Shown one piece after another: positions 51,802 through 62,416 of a DNA stretch of 64,000 bases; the first letter of the stretch is position 1, and each line of letters starts with the position of its first letter. This DNA comes from a plasmid. The stretch lies in sequence record NZ_CP103154.1, one strand, 5' to 3'. Below the pieces are notes generated by a model. It was given only the letters and a program-made list of their open reading frames with translations, had not been told where the DNA came from and searched no databases. The translations under genes were made by a program, and so were the position numbers.

Positions 51802-52737
51802 ATGAAAGCAACCAGAAAATGCAGTTTTTGCGGCAAGTCCTTTGTAACCCGAAGCGGTATGCAAAGATATTGCAGTGAGGCTTGTCAGGCAGAAGCCAAA
51901 CGAGCCAGAGTGATGCAGAAGAACAACCTCTTCAAAGTCGCCCAACCCTTGATGGAGATACAGCATCAGGAGTATCTCACCTTTTCCAAAGCAGCCATCC
52001 TCATGGGCTGTTCCCGACAGTACATTTACAAACTTGTAGCCATCGGCAAGCTGAAAGCCTCACGCATCAGCAACCGCATGGCATTCATCCGCAGAGCCGA
52101 CATCGAGCAGATGTTGGAGGGCAATCCCTATCACCGCATCCTGCCCGGCAACACCTCCACACCAAGGAAATCATCTTCATCTTCCTTACCTGCCAAAAGA
52201 GAAAAAAGGGAAAAGGAAAGCGAAGAAGTGTTGGACTTCTATTCGGGCGAGGAGGTGATGTCCCTTTTTAAGGTAAAGCAGTCATGGCTTTACACTTCCG
52301 CCAAGCGTAACCATATCCCCATCTGCCGTATCGCAGGAAAGAACTATTACAGCAAGAAGCATATTGACGAGTTTTTCGGTGTGGCAGTTGATATTAGCGA
52401 AATTACCGACTGGCTACTGACCGAGGAGGTGGAGGAACTGTTCGGCATGAAGCCGACCGCACTCCGTGCCTACACCTATCGCCATAAGATACCCACTAAA
52501 AGAGAGTACGGGCGTACCTATTACTCCAAATCACATTTGAACGAACTCCGCAGAACTGACCTTGTGAACGATGAACGCTACTATACCGTTGAGCAGGTGC
52601 AGCAAATCTATGGTCTTTCGTCAGCCAACATCTGCCATATCGTCAAGGTGAAGCACATCGAAAAGATAAAGGTGGGTGTGAAAAACCTGCTTTTGCGCTC
52701 AGATGTGGAGCGTGTCATGGCTGAAAGGAACAAATAA
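51802..52737 (+). CDS. DNA-binding protein with four tandem MerR/excisionase-type (HTH_17) repeats and N-terminal CxxC...CxxC
   Basis: Four repeats of the ...Y/F-(T/S)..E...(L/F)..S...(I/L)Y......I pattern, each ~45 aa. Confidence 0.6.
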   Translation: MKATRKCSFCGKSFVTRSGMQRYCSEACQAEAKRARVMQKNNLFKVAQPLMEIQHQEYLTFSKAAILMGCSRQYIYKLVAIGKLKASRISNRMAFIRRADIEQMLEGNPYHRILPGNTSTPRKSSSSSLPAKREKREKESEEVLDFYSGEEVMSLFKVKQSWLYTSAKRNHIPICRIAGKNYYSKKHIDEFFGVAVDISEITDWLLTEEVEELFGMKPTALRAYTYRHKIPTKREYGRTYYSKSHLNELRRTDLVNDERYYTVEQVQQIYGLSSANICHIVKVKHIEKIKVGVKNLLLRSDVERVMAERNK

Positions 52738-52878
52738 CCGTGAAAAATCGGGATTATCGAAAATTATTTCAAAATGATGTATCGTGGAGGTATTCACGGA
52801 TATTTCACGTTGTTCCTTTGCCATCGGAAACATGGATACAACTCCAAAATGTATACAACCAATTAAAACATAATTATT

Positions 52879-53997
52879 ATGAGTAAATGCAAAACAGTTA
52901 CCTTGCGTAAGCGCAAGATTAAGAACGGGACACAGTATTCACTATGCCTTGACTACTATCCCGGCTACCGTGACAATGTCACCATGAGAGTGATTACACG
53001 TGAAGCCTTAGGAATTTACATCTTCGCCAAACCTGCAAACCAGCAGGAACGGGACTTCAACGCACGCATGATGAAGAAAGCGGTCATCCTGCGCAACCAG
53101 CGCTACGAAGCCATTTTCAATGAAAACAACGGCTTTTTTGACAAGACCAAGATGAAGGGCGATTTCCTTGCCTATTTCAAAGGACTGGCTGACCGCAAGA
53201 ATATCAAGTGGCAGCACGTATACAAGCATTTCCAGCGGTTCGTGAACGGCAAATGCACCTTTGAGGAGGTGGATGTGGATTTGTGCCGCAAGTTCATGGA
53301 ATACCTGCTTGATGCACCCCAATCCATCCACACCAACCAAAAGCTGCACATCAACTCCGCAGCAGGCTATTGGTCAACTTTCCGTGCCGTGCTGCACACC
53401 GCTTACCGTGACAGGAAGATAAAGGAGAACCCAAACGGCTTCTTAGACCGCATCGAGTGCATTCCCACCATCAGGGAGCATTTGAGCCAAGAGGAACTGA
53501 TACGGCTTGCCGAAACACCCTGTGAGGAGGAGGTCTTGAAAAAAGCTTTTCTTTTCGCCTGTCTTACGGGACTGAGAAAGAGCGACATCAGACAGCTCAC
53601 GTGGCAGCAGATACAACCATACACCAACGGCAGGATGTTCGTTACCACCCGTATGCAGAAAACCAAAGAAATAGTGCATAACCCCATCAGTGATGAAGCC
53701 TATGGACTGCTGGGAGAACGGGGCGAGGGACTTATCTTTGAGGATTTCAAGGACAAGATGCTGCAAGGACCACTCCAACGGTGGCTCACGGCAGCAGGGA
53801 TAACCAAGAAAATCACCTTTCACTGTACCCGCCACAGCTTCGGAAGCCTGCACGTGGAAATGGGAACGGACATGGCTGTCATCCAAGCCTATCTCGGACA
53901 TAAGAACATTACCACCACACAAATCTATTCCAAGATAGCAGCGCAGCAGATGTGTCAGGTGGTGGACAAGATAACCTTGAAGCGCAAGGAGGCATAA
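52879..53997 (+). CDS. int: tyrosine integrase of the mobilizable transposon
   Basis: TRHSFGSLHVEMG...AYLGHKNITTTQIYSKI catalytic region. Confidence 0.9.
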   Translation: MSKCKTVTLRKRKIKNGTQYSLCLDYYPGYRDNVTMRVITREALGIYIFAKPANQQERDFNARMMKKAVILRNQRYEAIFNENNGFFDKTKMKGDFLAYFKGLADRKNIKWQHVYKHFQRFVNGKCTFEEVDVDLCRKFMEYLLDAPQSIHTNQKLHINSAAGYWSTFRAVLHTAYRDRKIKENPNGFLDRIECIPTIREHLSQEELIRLAETPCEEEVLKKAFLFACLTGLRKSDIRQLTWQQIQPYTNGRMFVTTRMQKTKEIVHNPISDEAYGLLGERGEGLIFEDFKDKMLQGPLQRWLTAAGITKKITFHCTRHSFGSLHVEMGTDMAVIQAYLGHKNITTTQIYSKIAAQQMCQVVDKITLKRKEA

Positions 53998-54181
53998 ATG
54001 TCTCACATTGACAGGTATTCAGAGGGGCGGTTATGGCTACAAGGCTATAATCGCCCCTCTATGTTTTTGGCTTGATGCCACCATTTATAAGCCCCTCAGA
54101 GTATGAAACAGAGTATGATATGATGACATTTCGTGAAATACATTGAAAAAGACCGTTCTAACCGCAAATAACGGGCAGTAA

Positions 54182-55102
54182 TTGGGAAAAATAGCATTAA
54201 CTTTGCACAAAATAATACAGGAACATTCAATCTCTCAACGAAATATGGAATCATCAATCAAGGACAAATACATCATCTTGGGCTTTGTCGGCTTCGCCAT
54301 CGTCCTAATATCTTCCATTGCCACGCTGGTAATAGCGGACAGCTTCAACCAAGACAACTTTGTCAGGTGGATAGTATTCGTATGCTGTAACCTGTTGGGA
54401 TGGTTGCTCTATCTCTCCTTTCAGACACTTATCTTTGATACATACGAAATCTACAAAATCAAGTTCGGCAAGAAAGAAACGATTGCCGAAGCCATAGAGG
54501 TGCAGGAAGAACTGTCACAAAATACACTTGAAGAAGCCACATCTGTGCCTGGACCTACATCAGTCCCTGAGCCTGTACCCGAATCATCCCCGACAAAAGA
54601 AGAGACACTTATCCAAACACAACCGATAGAGCTTACTATCGCCCCGGATCTTCACGAAAAGAACCGTGCCAATTACGCAAGCAGAGAGCAACGGGAAAAG
54701 GAAGAGCGCATCCGCATGGTCATGGAGTATTGCCATTATTACCTGCCTCGCATTGCCGACCAAGAAACCGTGAACCACATCTGTACTGAGGTGGACAAAT
54801 GGATGAATCTTAACACTTATACCCCGAAGCCCATACAAAGACCGTTTACCAAAGACATCAACAACATTCCACTCCGTCACTTCGTATGGAATATCTCTGA
54901 GCGTTTCCTGTACAAGAGATACTACAATGGGGATAACCGTGCCAAGTTCATCAAAGCCCTTTTCCCGAAATCGTTTGCTGATACAGACTTATCAACCATC
55001 AAGAATTTCAAGGTAGAGCCGTTAAAGACGGAAATTCCCATTGATGAACCCGAAAACGGCAAACTTGATTTCCACTATCCCGAGGATTATGTGCGGAATT
55101 AG
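54182..55102 (+). CDS. hypothetical membrane-anchored protein (306 aa, Pro/Glu-rich linker)
   Basis: Two N-terminal TM helices, low-complexity linker. Confidence 0.5.
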   Translation: MGKIALTLHKIIQEHSISQRNMESSIKDKYIILGFVGFAIVLISSIATLVIADSFNQDNFVRWIVFVCCNLLGWLLYLSFQTLIFDTYEIYKIKFGKKETIAEAIEVQEELSQNTLEEATSVPGPTSVPEPVPESSPTKEETLIQTQPIELTIAPDLHEKNRANYASREQREKEERIRMVMEYCHYYLPRIADQETVNHICTEVDKWMNLNTYTPKPIQRPFTKDINNIPLRHFVWNISERFLYKRYYNGDNRAKFIKALFPKSFADTDLSTIKNFKVEPLKTEIPIDEPENGKLDFHYPEDYVRN

Positions 55103-55301
55103 GATAATCACGACACCAACGACAACCATCCGGTAACTCATAACCGCCTGTTTTACATCGTTTCCCGAGTAATTTTACCCGTCATTTATGGCTGGGCTTA
55201 ATTATTCGGGAATTATTTTGCAATGACGTGTCGTGGAGATATTCACGGATATATCATTTCAGTCCTTTGCGCCAAGTCTTACAAAAGAGACGAGTACGCG
55301 A

Positions 55302-55676
55302 ATGGAAAAATCAATTCTTACCTTCAACGACCTCCCCGAGGTTGTCGCTCAGCTTCGAGACGAAGTGATGAGCCTGAAAAGCCTGCTCGCCGAGCAGCGC
55401 AGTGTGAACAATGCCAAAACGGTGGACACCCACGTGCCCATGTCTGTGGACGAGGCAGCAGAGTATTTAGGTATCCCTAAGGGTACGCTCTACATGAAAC
55501 TGTCAGAAGGGACAATCCCTGCCACCAAGCCCGGCAAACGCTATTGCCTTTACCGTGACGAACTGGACAAGTGGCTGGAAACCGCCCGAAAGAATCCCAT
55601 ACCGTTGTCAGACGAAGAACTGAACAAGTCCTTATCCTCTTCCCACCGTCGCAAGCCCAACCCACGTAACTGGTGA
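55302..55676 (+). CDS. excisionase/MerR-like HTH DNA-binding protein (start taken at MEKSILTF)
   Basis: MSVDEAAEYLGIPKGTLYMKLSEGTIPATKPGKRYCLYRDELDKWLE. Confidence 0.6.
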   Translation: MEKSILTFNDLPEVVAQLRDEVMSLKSLLAEQRSVNNAKTVDTHVPMSVDEAAEYLGIPKGTLYMKLSEGTIPATKPGKRYCLYRDELDKWLETARKNPIPLSDEELNKSLSSSHRRKPNPRNW

Positions 55677-56779
55677 ATGATATGGAAGAGGATAAGAACT
55701 ATATCAACCTGATACGTGGCGACCTCACAAAAGCATCCCAAGCGCATAACGGTATGCCCGACAGTGTAGGCATGATGAATATCAAGACGGCAAACCAAAC
55801 CATTCTTGAAGCATCGTTATTGCCTACGCCCCGTGCGCTGTGGGACAGCTTTTGGTACGAGGGGGAACTCTCCTGCTTGTTTGCCGATTCCAACGTGGGC
55901 AAGTCCATCCTTGCCGTGCAGATAGCCGACCGCATCGCCCGAACCGACAATGTGCTGTATCTGGACTTTGAACTGTCCGAAAAGCAGTTCCAGCTCCGCT
56001 ATACCAACGAGCATGGAGAGCTCTACACCTTTCCCGACAAACTCTATCGGGTGTCTATTGACTGCAACCAGCTTTTGGATGCCAACTTTGAGGAAGCTAT
56101 CATAGGCGGCATTGAACAGATGGCTGTGCAGACCGACTGCAAGATTTTCATCATTGACAATCTTACCTACCTGTGTTGCGCCATGGAGAAAGGCGATGCC
56201 GCAGGACGGCTGATGATTCAGCTGAACAATCTCAAAAAGAGATATGCGCTCTCTATCCTTGTCCTAGCACATACGCCCAAACGCTCTTTGGATTGTCCCA
56301 TCACATCCAACGACCTTGCCGGAAGCAAACGGCTCTACAATTTCTTTGACAGCGTGTTCACCATTGGAAAAAGTGCCCAAGACGGAGGGCTTCGCTATGT
56401 GAAGCAGCTTAAAGTGCGCTATGGCACGTTCTCTCATGATGCGGATAATGTAATCGTTTACGAGATTGACAAGGTGGATGCTTTCTTGCAGTTCGTGTTC
56501 AGGGGCTATTCCACGGAAAAGGAACACTTGAAAAAATTGGGCGACAATGAATCAAGCCAAAGGGATTGCCAAATTCTGCAACTCTCCCAATCGGGCAAGT
56601 CCGTCAGGGAGATAGCCTCACAGGTGAATTGTGGCAAGTCCACCGTAAACCGTATCATCCAGCGCAGCAAAGAGAGTAAAAACGCAGGTGTCCCAAGTGT
56701 CCCACTGTCCCAACCCTTAGAGTGTGGGACAATGGGACAGGATGGGACAGCCGACAATCAACCATCAAAAACGGACTAA
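55673..56779 (+). CDS. RecA-fold AAA ATPase with C-terminal sigma70-r4/LuxR-like HTH
   Basis: Walker A ADSNVGKS, Walker B KIFIIDNL; C-terminal LSQSGKSVREIASQVNCGKSTVNRIIQR. Confidence 0.7.
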   Translation: MNDMEEDKNYINLIRGDLTKASQAHNGMPDSVGMMNIKTANQTILEASLLPTPRALWDSFWYEGELSCLFADSNVGKSILAVQIADRIARTDNVLYLDFELSEKQFQLRYTNEHGELYTFPDKLYRVSIDCNQLLDANFEEAIIGGIEQMAVQTDCKIFIIDNLTYLCCAMEKGDAAGRLMIQLNNLKKRYALSILVLAHTPKRSLDCPITSNDLAGSKRLYNFFDSVFTIGKSAQDGGLRYVKQLKVRYGTFSHDADNVIVYEIDKVDAFLQFVFRGYSTEKEHLKKLGDNESSQRDCQILQLSQSGKSVREIASQVNCGKSTVNRIIQRSKESKNAGVPSVPLSQPLECGTMGQDGTADNQPSKTD

Positions 56780-56782
56780 GCT

Positions 56783-57709
56783 ATGGGCAATTATTCATTA
56801 CAGAAGTATAAAGGAACGGCAACACGGCATACCTGCCCCAAATGCGGAGACAGGCATTCTTTCGTCTATTACGTGGACGAAAATAATGTGCCGTTGCATC
56901 CATCGGTCGGCAGATGTAACCACGAAAGCGGTTGTGGGTATCACTACACTCCGAAAGAGTATTTTCAAGAGCATCCTGAACACAGAACTACCAATGATTT
57001 CTCTTTTGACAGGCAAAGAGCAGAGCAGAAGAAAGTGAAGCAGCAAAGTAAGCCGACAGCCATCGGCTATATTCCCCCTCACTATGTGGAGAAGTCGCAA
57101 AGCGAGCGTAGCAATTTCTTCCGTTTCCTCTTCACACTCCTTACTTCCTACTATGGCGACAAGGCGAAAGAGGTGTTGAAGCGGTTGTTGGAGGAATACC
57201 GTTTGGGGGCTACCCGTGACGGCTCTGTTATCTTTTGGCAGATAGACAGGACGGGCAAGGTACGCACGGGAAAGGTGATGCAGTACAATCCCGAAGACGG
57301 ACACCGTATCAAGGGAGGACAGACATCGGCAGTGAACTGGATACACAGCATATTGAAAAAGCAGCGTGTGTTGGCAGAGGATTGGCAACTATCCCAATGC
57401 CTTTTCGGGGAACACTTGTTGAAAACGCATCCCGACAAGGTGGTGGTCTTGGTGGAATCCGAGAAGAGTGCCGTTATCGGTTCTGCTATCTTCCCCGATT
57501 ATGTATGGCTGGCTACGGGTGGTAAGAGTCAGATGAGAGAAGAGAAACTCCGTGTACTGTCAGGGCGAACCGTGCTTCTCTTTCCCGATGCCGATGCTTA
57601 TGCCGAGTGGAAACAGCGAGCCGAGAGCATGTACTTTTGTAAGGTGGTGGTTTCGGACATCATCGAAAGGAATGCCACCCCGAAACAAAAGAAGCCCATA
57701 TCGACATAG
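56783..57709 (+). CDS. zinc-finger (CxxC...C..C) primase-like/toprim-type protein
   Basis: HTCPKCGDRHSF...GRCNHESGCGYH zinc-binding motif, acidic toprim-like block LFPDADAYAEW. Confidence 0.5.
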   Translation: MGNYSLQKYKGTATRHTCPKCGDRHSFVYYVDENNVPLHPSVGRCNHESGCGYHYTPKEYFQEHPEHRTTNDFSFDRQRAEQKKVKQQSKPTAIGYIPPHYVEKSQSERSNFFRFLFTLLTSYYGDKAKEVLKRLLEEYRLGATRDGSVIFWQIDRTGKVRTGKVMQYNPEDGHRIKGGQTSAVNWIHSILKKQRVLAEDWQLSQCLFGEHLLKTHPDKVVVLVESEKSAVIGSAIFPDYVWLATGGKSQMREEKLRVLSGRTVLLFPDADAYAEWKQRAESMYFCKVVVSDIIERNATPKQKKPIST

Positions 57710-57889
57710 CCGATTGGATTATCTTTCAGATACGGGAGGGCAAGGTGATGAGTACAGCCAACCACTTGGTCGAGGCTGAGAGAATCCTCCAGCGGATGAT
57801 AGAGAAGAATCCCGTCCTGCAAAAACTGATAGACGATTTAGACCTTGTGCTGGTCGGTGCATCTCCAATCGGCAACGATGATGAAAAAC

Positions 57890-58170
57890 CTCCCTGACGG
57901 AGGAGAGCGGAAGCCGTAGGCTGGAGTTTGCAGACAATGGCTTGCCATTGATATAGCCCACTATAACTACACGCTCCGCTTACGTAGTTGTGGGCTCTCC
58001 CGAGGGGATTAGGGTTTTACCCTAATGACCCACTCAGGGCGTTTCTCCCCTGAGAACCCAGAGCAAAGAGTGACCCTCTCTTTGCAATCTCCGCTTATGG
58101 GTTGCACCCCTAAGAACCCCATGCGTTTACGGACAGCGGAAAAGCAAACAATAAAGTACAAACCAAAAAA
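57890..58170. promoter_or_regulatory. candidate oriT: cluster of 4 inverted repeats upstream of the MobV relaxase
   Basis: cctcc ctgac ggagg; gcccac..aactac/gtagtt..gtgggc; attagggt/accctaat; gcaaagag/ctctttgc. Confidence 0.4.
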
Positions 58171-58179
58171 CAAGTATCT

Positions 58180-59583
58180 ATGGCAACAAAATCAAGCATA
58201 CATATCAAGCCCTGCAACATCGCATCGAGCGAGGCTCACAACAGGAGGACTGCCGAATACATGCGCCACATCGGAGAGTCCAGAATCTATGTCGTTCCTG
58301 AACTATCCACCGATAACGAACAGTGGATAAATCCCGACTTCGGCAGTCCGGATTTGCGGATGCATTATGACAATATCAGACAGATGGTAAAGGAAAAGAC
58401 CGGACGTGCCATGCAGGAAAAGGAGCGTGAACGCAAAGGCAAGAACGGTAAAATAGTCAAGATTGCGGGATGCTCCCCCATACGTGAAGGAGTGCTGCTT
58501 GTCAGGTCGGACACCACACTGGCAGACGTGCGTAAATTCGGTGAGGAGTGTCAAAGACGCTGGGGAATCACACCGCTGCAAATCTTCCTGCACAAGGATG
58601 AAGGGCATTGGCTGAACGGTCAGCCGGAAGCGGAAGACAGGGAAAGCTTCAAAGTCGGGGACAGATGGTTCAAGCCGAACTATCATGCCCATATCGTTTT
58701 CGACTGGATGAACCACGAAACAGGAAAGAGCCGAAAGCTCAATGACGATGACATGATGCAGATGCAGACCCTTGCATCCGACATCCTGCTGATGGAACGC
58801 GGGCAGTCAAAGGCTGTCACTGGTAAGGAGCATCTGGAACGGAACGACTTTATCATTGAGAAGCAGAAAGCTGAACTGCAACGCATGGATGCAGCCAAAC
58901 GGCACAAAGAAGAACAGATAAATCTTGCCGAGCAGGAACTGAAACAGGTGAAATCAGAAATACGCACTGACAAGTTAAAGAAGACAGCCACCACGGCAGC
59001 GACAGCCATAACTAGTGGAGTTGCTTCTCTTTTCGGGAGTGGAAAACTGAAAGAACTGGAACGTGCCAACGAAAAACTGCAAGACGAGGTTTCAAAACGG
59101 AACACCAATATTGAAAAATTGCAGAGCCAAGTACAGCAGATGCAGAAACAGCATGATACGCAAATCCACAATCTCAGAGAAATGCACAGGCAGGAACTTG
59201 ACATGAAAGAAAAAGAACTGTCACGGCTCGCCAGAATCATAGACAAGGCTTTCAGGTGGTTTCCGATGTTCAGGGAAATGCTGCGCATGGAAAAGTTTTG
59301 TGCCATGCTGGGATTCTCTAAAGAAATGACTGAAAGTCTTATAGTCAAAAAAGAAGCCCTGAAATGTAGCGGTAAAATCTATTCCGAGCAACACAGGCGG
59401 AACTTTGATATAAAGGATGATATTTTAAGGGTGGAAAATGACCCTGACGATGAAAGCAGGCTGAACCTGACAATAAACAGGAAGCCGATTGCCGACTGGT
59501 TCAGGGAGCAATGGCACAGGCTTAGATATGGAGCAAGAGTGCCGCAACAGGAAGAAAGAAAAAGTAGAGGATTCAAATTATAA
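58180..59583 (+). CDS. mob: MobV-family (Mob_Pre, pMV158 MobM-like) relaxase with coiled-coil C-terminus
   Basis: HKDEGHWL ... NYHAHIVFDWM motifs. Confidence 0.85.
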   Translation: MATKSSIHIKPCNIASSEAHNRRTAEYMRHIGESRIYVVPELSTDNEQWINPDFGSPDLRMHYDNIRQMVKEKTGRAMQEKERERKGKNGKIVKIAGCSPIREGVLLVRSDTTLADVRKFGEECQRRWGITPLQIFLHKDEGHWLNGQPEAEDRESFKVGDRWFKPNYHAHIVFDWMNHETGKSRKLNDDDMMQMQTLASDILLMERGQSKAVTGKEHLERNDFIIEKQKAELQRMDAAKRHKEEQINLAEQELKQVKSEIRTDKLKKTATTAATAITSGVASLFGSGKLKELERANEKLQDEVSKRNTNIEKLQSQVQQMQKQHDTQIHNLREMHRQELDMKEKELSRLARIIDKAFRWFPMFREMLRMEKFCAMLGFSKEMTESLIVKKEALKCSGKIYSEQHRRNFDIKDDILRVENDPDDESRLNLTINRKPIADWFREQWHRLRYGARVPQQEERKSRGFKL

Positions 59584-59675
59584 TAGAAGCAATTTGATTA
59601 GTAATCTAAAAGCACTCCGATAACGATTAGAGTGCTTTTAGATTGTTTATCATTAATTATCAAAGCAAGTGCAGT

Positions 59676-60641
59676 TTAAGATTTTACTGAAGTTTGCATT
59701 AATAAAGAATATACTACAGCTGATATATGCGCAACATATTGTGACGCTTGTGATTCATTTCCCTTGAAATCCTTAACAAATACCGCTAAGGTATAACTGA
59801 TATTATTAGGCAGACATATATAGGCAACATCATTGTGAGCTGCAAGAACACCATTTTCATTAACATAACCTGAACCTGTCTTATGCGCTATAACAACCCC
59901 TTCTTTATCAAGAAGTGGAGCTGCTATCCTATCTACACCTGTTTTGCATTCTTTTAACGTATTCTTAATGAAACTTTGTTTCTCATCATCGATAAGACCT
60001 TCAGTAAACAAACGATTCATCAACATTGCAGCACCAAGAGGAGATGTATAGTTAGAGTAAGCCTTGTTATGGTCAGCCGACATTTCCTCTTCCGTATAAG
60101 CTATCTGAAAACTTGAACGAGGAATGAGTGTGGCTATAAAACTATCTGTTTGAGCGACATTAACCATATCCTTAAACATAAGGTTGCTTGCATTGTTGTC
60201 ACTCTGAGTAAGAGTATAACGCAGCAAATCTCTCACTGTCAATGATATGACTGGCCCTGAATAATCTTTCAGCATAGGACTCCAAGTCTTTGGGTCAAGT
60301 TTATCCCTATTTATATTTACTAAGGTATCAAGTGAAATTCCTTTATTGTCAAAGTCATTACAAAGAGCTAATGCCTGATGAACCTTAAACACACTCATCA
60401 TAGGATAAACACTCTTATTATTGACCTTAACCGTATCTCTGTTATTAACAATAACCGCCACACCAATTTCGCCAGGACAAGCTGAGACAATTTGAGAAAT
60501 GCTATCAGTCAAAACATTTGTTAAAGGAGGATTTGCGCTATCTTTTGTCGCTGATTTATGGAACAATGAAAATACCAAGATGAAAATGCAAACTAAAGCT
60601 ATACTCAAAACTACGATTTGTTTTTTTCTGTTTTTTTCCAT
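59676..60641 (-). CDS. cfxA: class A beta-lactamase, CfxA family (cefoxitin/cephamycin resistance)
   Basis: 321 aa; S-x-x-K MMSVFK, SDN in TQSDNNASN, KTG in HKTGSG, signal peptide; sequence recognised as CfxA. Confidence 0.92.
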   Translation of the reverse strand: MEKNRKKQIVVLSIALVCIFILVFSLFHKSATKDSANPPLTNVLTDSISQIVSACPGEIGVAVIVNNRDTVKVNNKSVYPMMSVFKVHQALALCNDFDNKGISLDTLVNINRDKLDPKTWSPMLKDYSGPVISLTVRDLLRYTLTQSDNNASNLMFKDMVNVAQTDSFIATLIPRSSFQIAYTEEEMSADHNKAYSNYTSPLGAAMLMNRLFTEGLIDDEKQSFIKNTLKECKTGVDRIAAPLLDKEGVVIAHKTGSGYVNENGVLAAHNDVAYICLPNNISYTLAVFVKDFKGNESQASQYVAHISAVVYSLLMQTSVKS

Positions 60642-61498
60642 GTTTATATTATTTATATTTGTTTGACGAGAATATCTTTATTTGCCGACAAAGGTACATA
60701 ACTTTACGGAAAAATATGTTTCTAAAATATATAAAAATATATAAATAGACAGCTGTGGGGAAAATGTGGGGAAAAATTAGATAATTAAAAAGGCTAAATG
60801 ACTGGAAATAATCACTTAGCCTTTTAATCCGTACCCAGACCCGTACTTCGTAATTGCTGCGCCCATCATTCAAGACTGTCAAATCGGGTCTTTCCTGTCA
60901 AGCCAATGATGCCTATGCGTATGCCAAACACATGGATTACGGATTTCTCGTTCCGTGAACAAACACTTTATCCGCAACTCTGCTATGTGGTGTATTGGCT
61001 TAACTCCATTTCTATGGGCAACACTTTTGTTGCAGATTTCAAGCAGCTTTTATCGAAATACCCATCAGTAAGAACTCGTTTATTAGGCTTTCCTCATAAT
61101 TGGGAACAAGAGCCTTTGTGGAGATAAAATAATTGCCCTGTTTCTTAAAAAGCACTGGGGCAAACCAGCTCCGTCTTTAATTGTTTCCAATAAATGGATT
61201 GTTTCAAGCCCCTATAGAAAGAGAACAAAAATTCCTGTGTGAAAATTAATCTACGACAAGGAGCAAGCAAGGAGCAATATCAAACAAAAATCAATACCTT
61301 TGCAGTACATATGAGATAGACCAAAACAAAAGTGGAATATCGGAAACGAATAGCAAGGAAAAGAGAAGAAACGACCCAAGTTGATGTCCTTTTTGAGTTA
61401 ATAATCAATAAAAGCGTTAAATCTTCACCTTTTAGAATGTGCAATTAAAAATAACAACCATATTTCTGACTTATTATCTATAAAATATTGAGTAATAA

Positions 61499-62416
61499 TC
61501 GGTTGTAAATACAGTTACTGTATTTACACCGGTATATAATAGGAAGAATTTAATTGGAAATCTATATCAGAGTTTGTTGTCTCAAACCTATAAAAATTTT
61601 GAATGGATTATTGTTGACGATGGGAGCACTGATGATATTGATGAAATTATAAAATCTTATCAAAATGAAGATCGTATATTAATTCGTTTCATCAAACAAG
61701 AGAATGGTGGAAAACATAGAGCAATCAACAATGGCGTATTACATGCAAAAGGAGAATTATTTTATATTGTAGATAGTGATGACTATTTAACAAAAGACTC
61801 TATAGAACGAATAGTTTTTCATTATCAATATATAAAGAATAATGATAAATTTGCTGGAGTTTGTGGTATGAAATGCTTTCCAGATGGTTCTCGTATAGGG
61901 AAAGAGGTTACATGGAAAATTTTAAAAGATTCTTGGATTAACTATTGGATTATAAAAAATATAAAAGGGGATGTTGCGTTTGTTTTTAAAACATCAGTCC
62001 TGAGAAATTATTTATTTGACGATATACCCGGAGAAAAATTTTGTGCAGAAAGTTTGGTTCTAAACCGTATTGGAAAAAATTACCTTATGTTATTTTTTAA
62101 TGAAAAAATATACATCGCAGAGTATTTATCAGACGGTTTATCTGTTTCATCAATCAAAAACAGAATGAATTCACCTAATTATGCCATGAGAATTTATTCA
62201 GAAATGGCATCACTAGATATTCCATATTTAAAAAAAATAAAAGCTCATATAAATTACTGGCGTTTTGCTCCTTGCTCTAAATTGAAAATGAAAAATAAAA
62301 TAAAACAAATAGGAATTTCTAGTTATATTATTTTTATGCCTATTGGCTATTTGTTTCATATGAAAGATAAAAAAAACAATTATATAGATATTAGACATGT
62401 CGGATCTAAGCGGTAG
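61499..62416 (+). CDS. glycosyltransferase family 2, 5'-truncated by the transposon (5' stub ATG 51428-51444)
   Basis: Open frame from 61499 reads SVVNTVTVFTPVYN...QTYKNFEWIIVDDGSTDD; no start codon; ORF table start 61574 is an internal TTG. Confidence 0.75.
   Translation, partial: SVVNTVTVFTPVYNRKNLIGNLYQSLLSQTYKNFEWIIVDDGSTDDIDEIIKSYQNEDRILIRFIKQENGGKHRAINNGVLHAKGELFYIVDSDDYLTKDSIERIVFHYQYIKNNDKFAGVCGMKCFPDGSRIGKEVTWKILKDSWINYWIIKNIKGDVAFVFKTSVLRNYLFDDIPGEKFCAESLVLNRIGKNYLMLFFNEKIYIAEYLSDGLSVSSIKNRMNSPNYAMRIYSEMASLDIPYLKKIKAHINYWRFAPCSKLKMKNKIKQIGISSYIIFMPIGYLFHMKDKKNNYIDIRHVGSKR

Larger units (their letters stand above)
51445..61526. mobile_element. Tn4555-like mobilizable transposon (~10.1 kb) carrying cfxA; ends marked by shared core TGTATTTA (51445-51452 and 61519-61526)
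   Basis: Integrase, multi-HTH protein, ATPase, primase-like, MobV relaxase and cfxA; shared 8-bp core at both junctions; target GT2 gene split across the element. Confidence 0.7.

Noticed and set aside
51658-52271. 102-aa minus and 129-aa plus ORFs overlapping the HTH_17-repeat gene
   Set aside because: Alternative frames of a gene with clear repeated HTH architecture.
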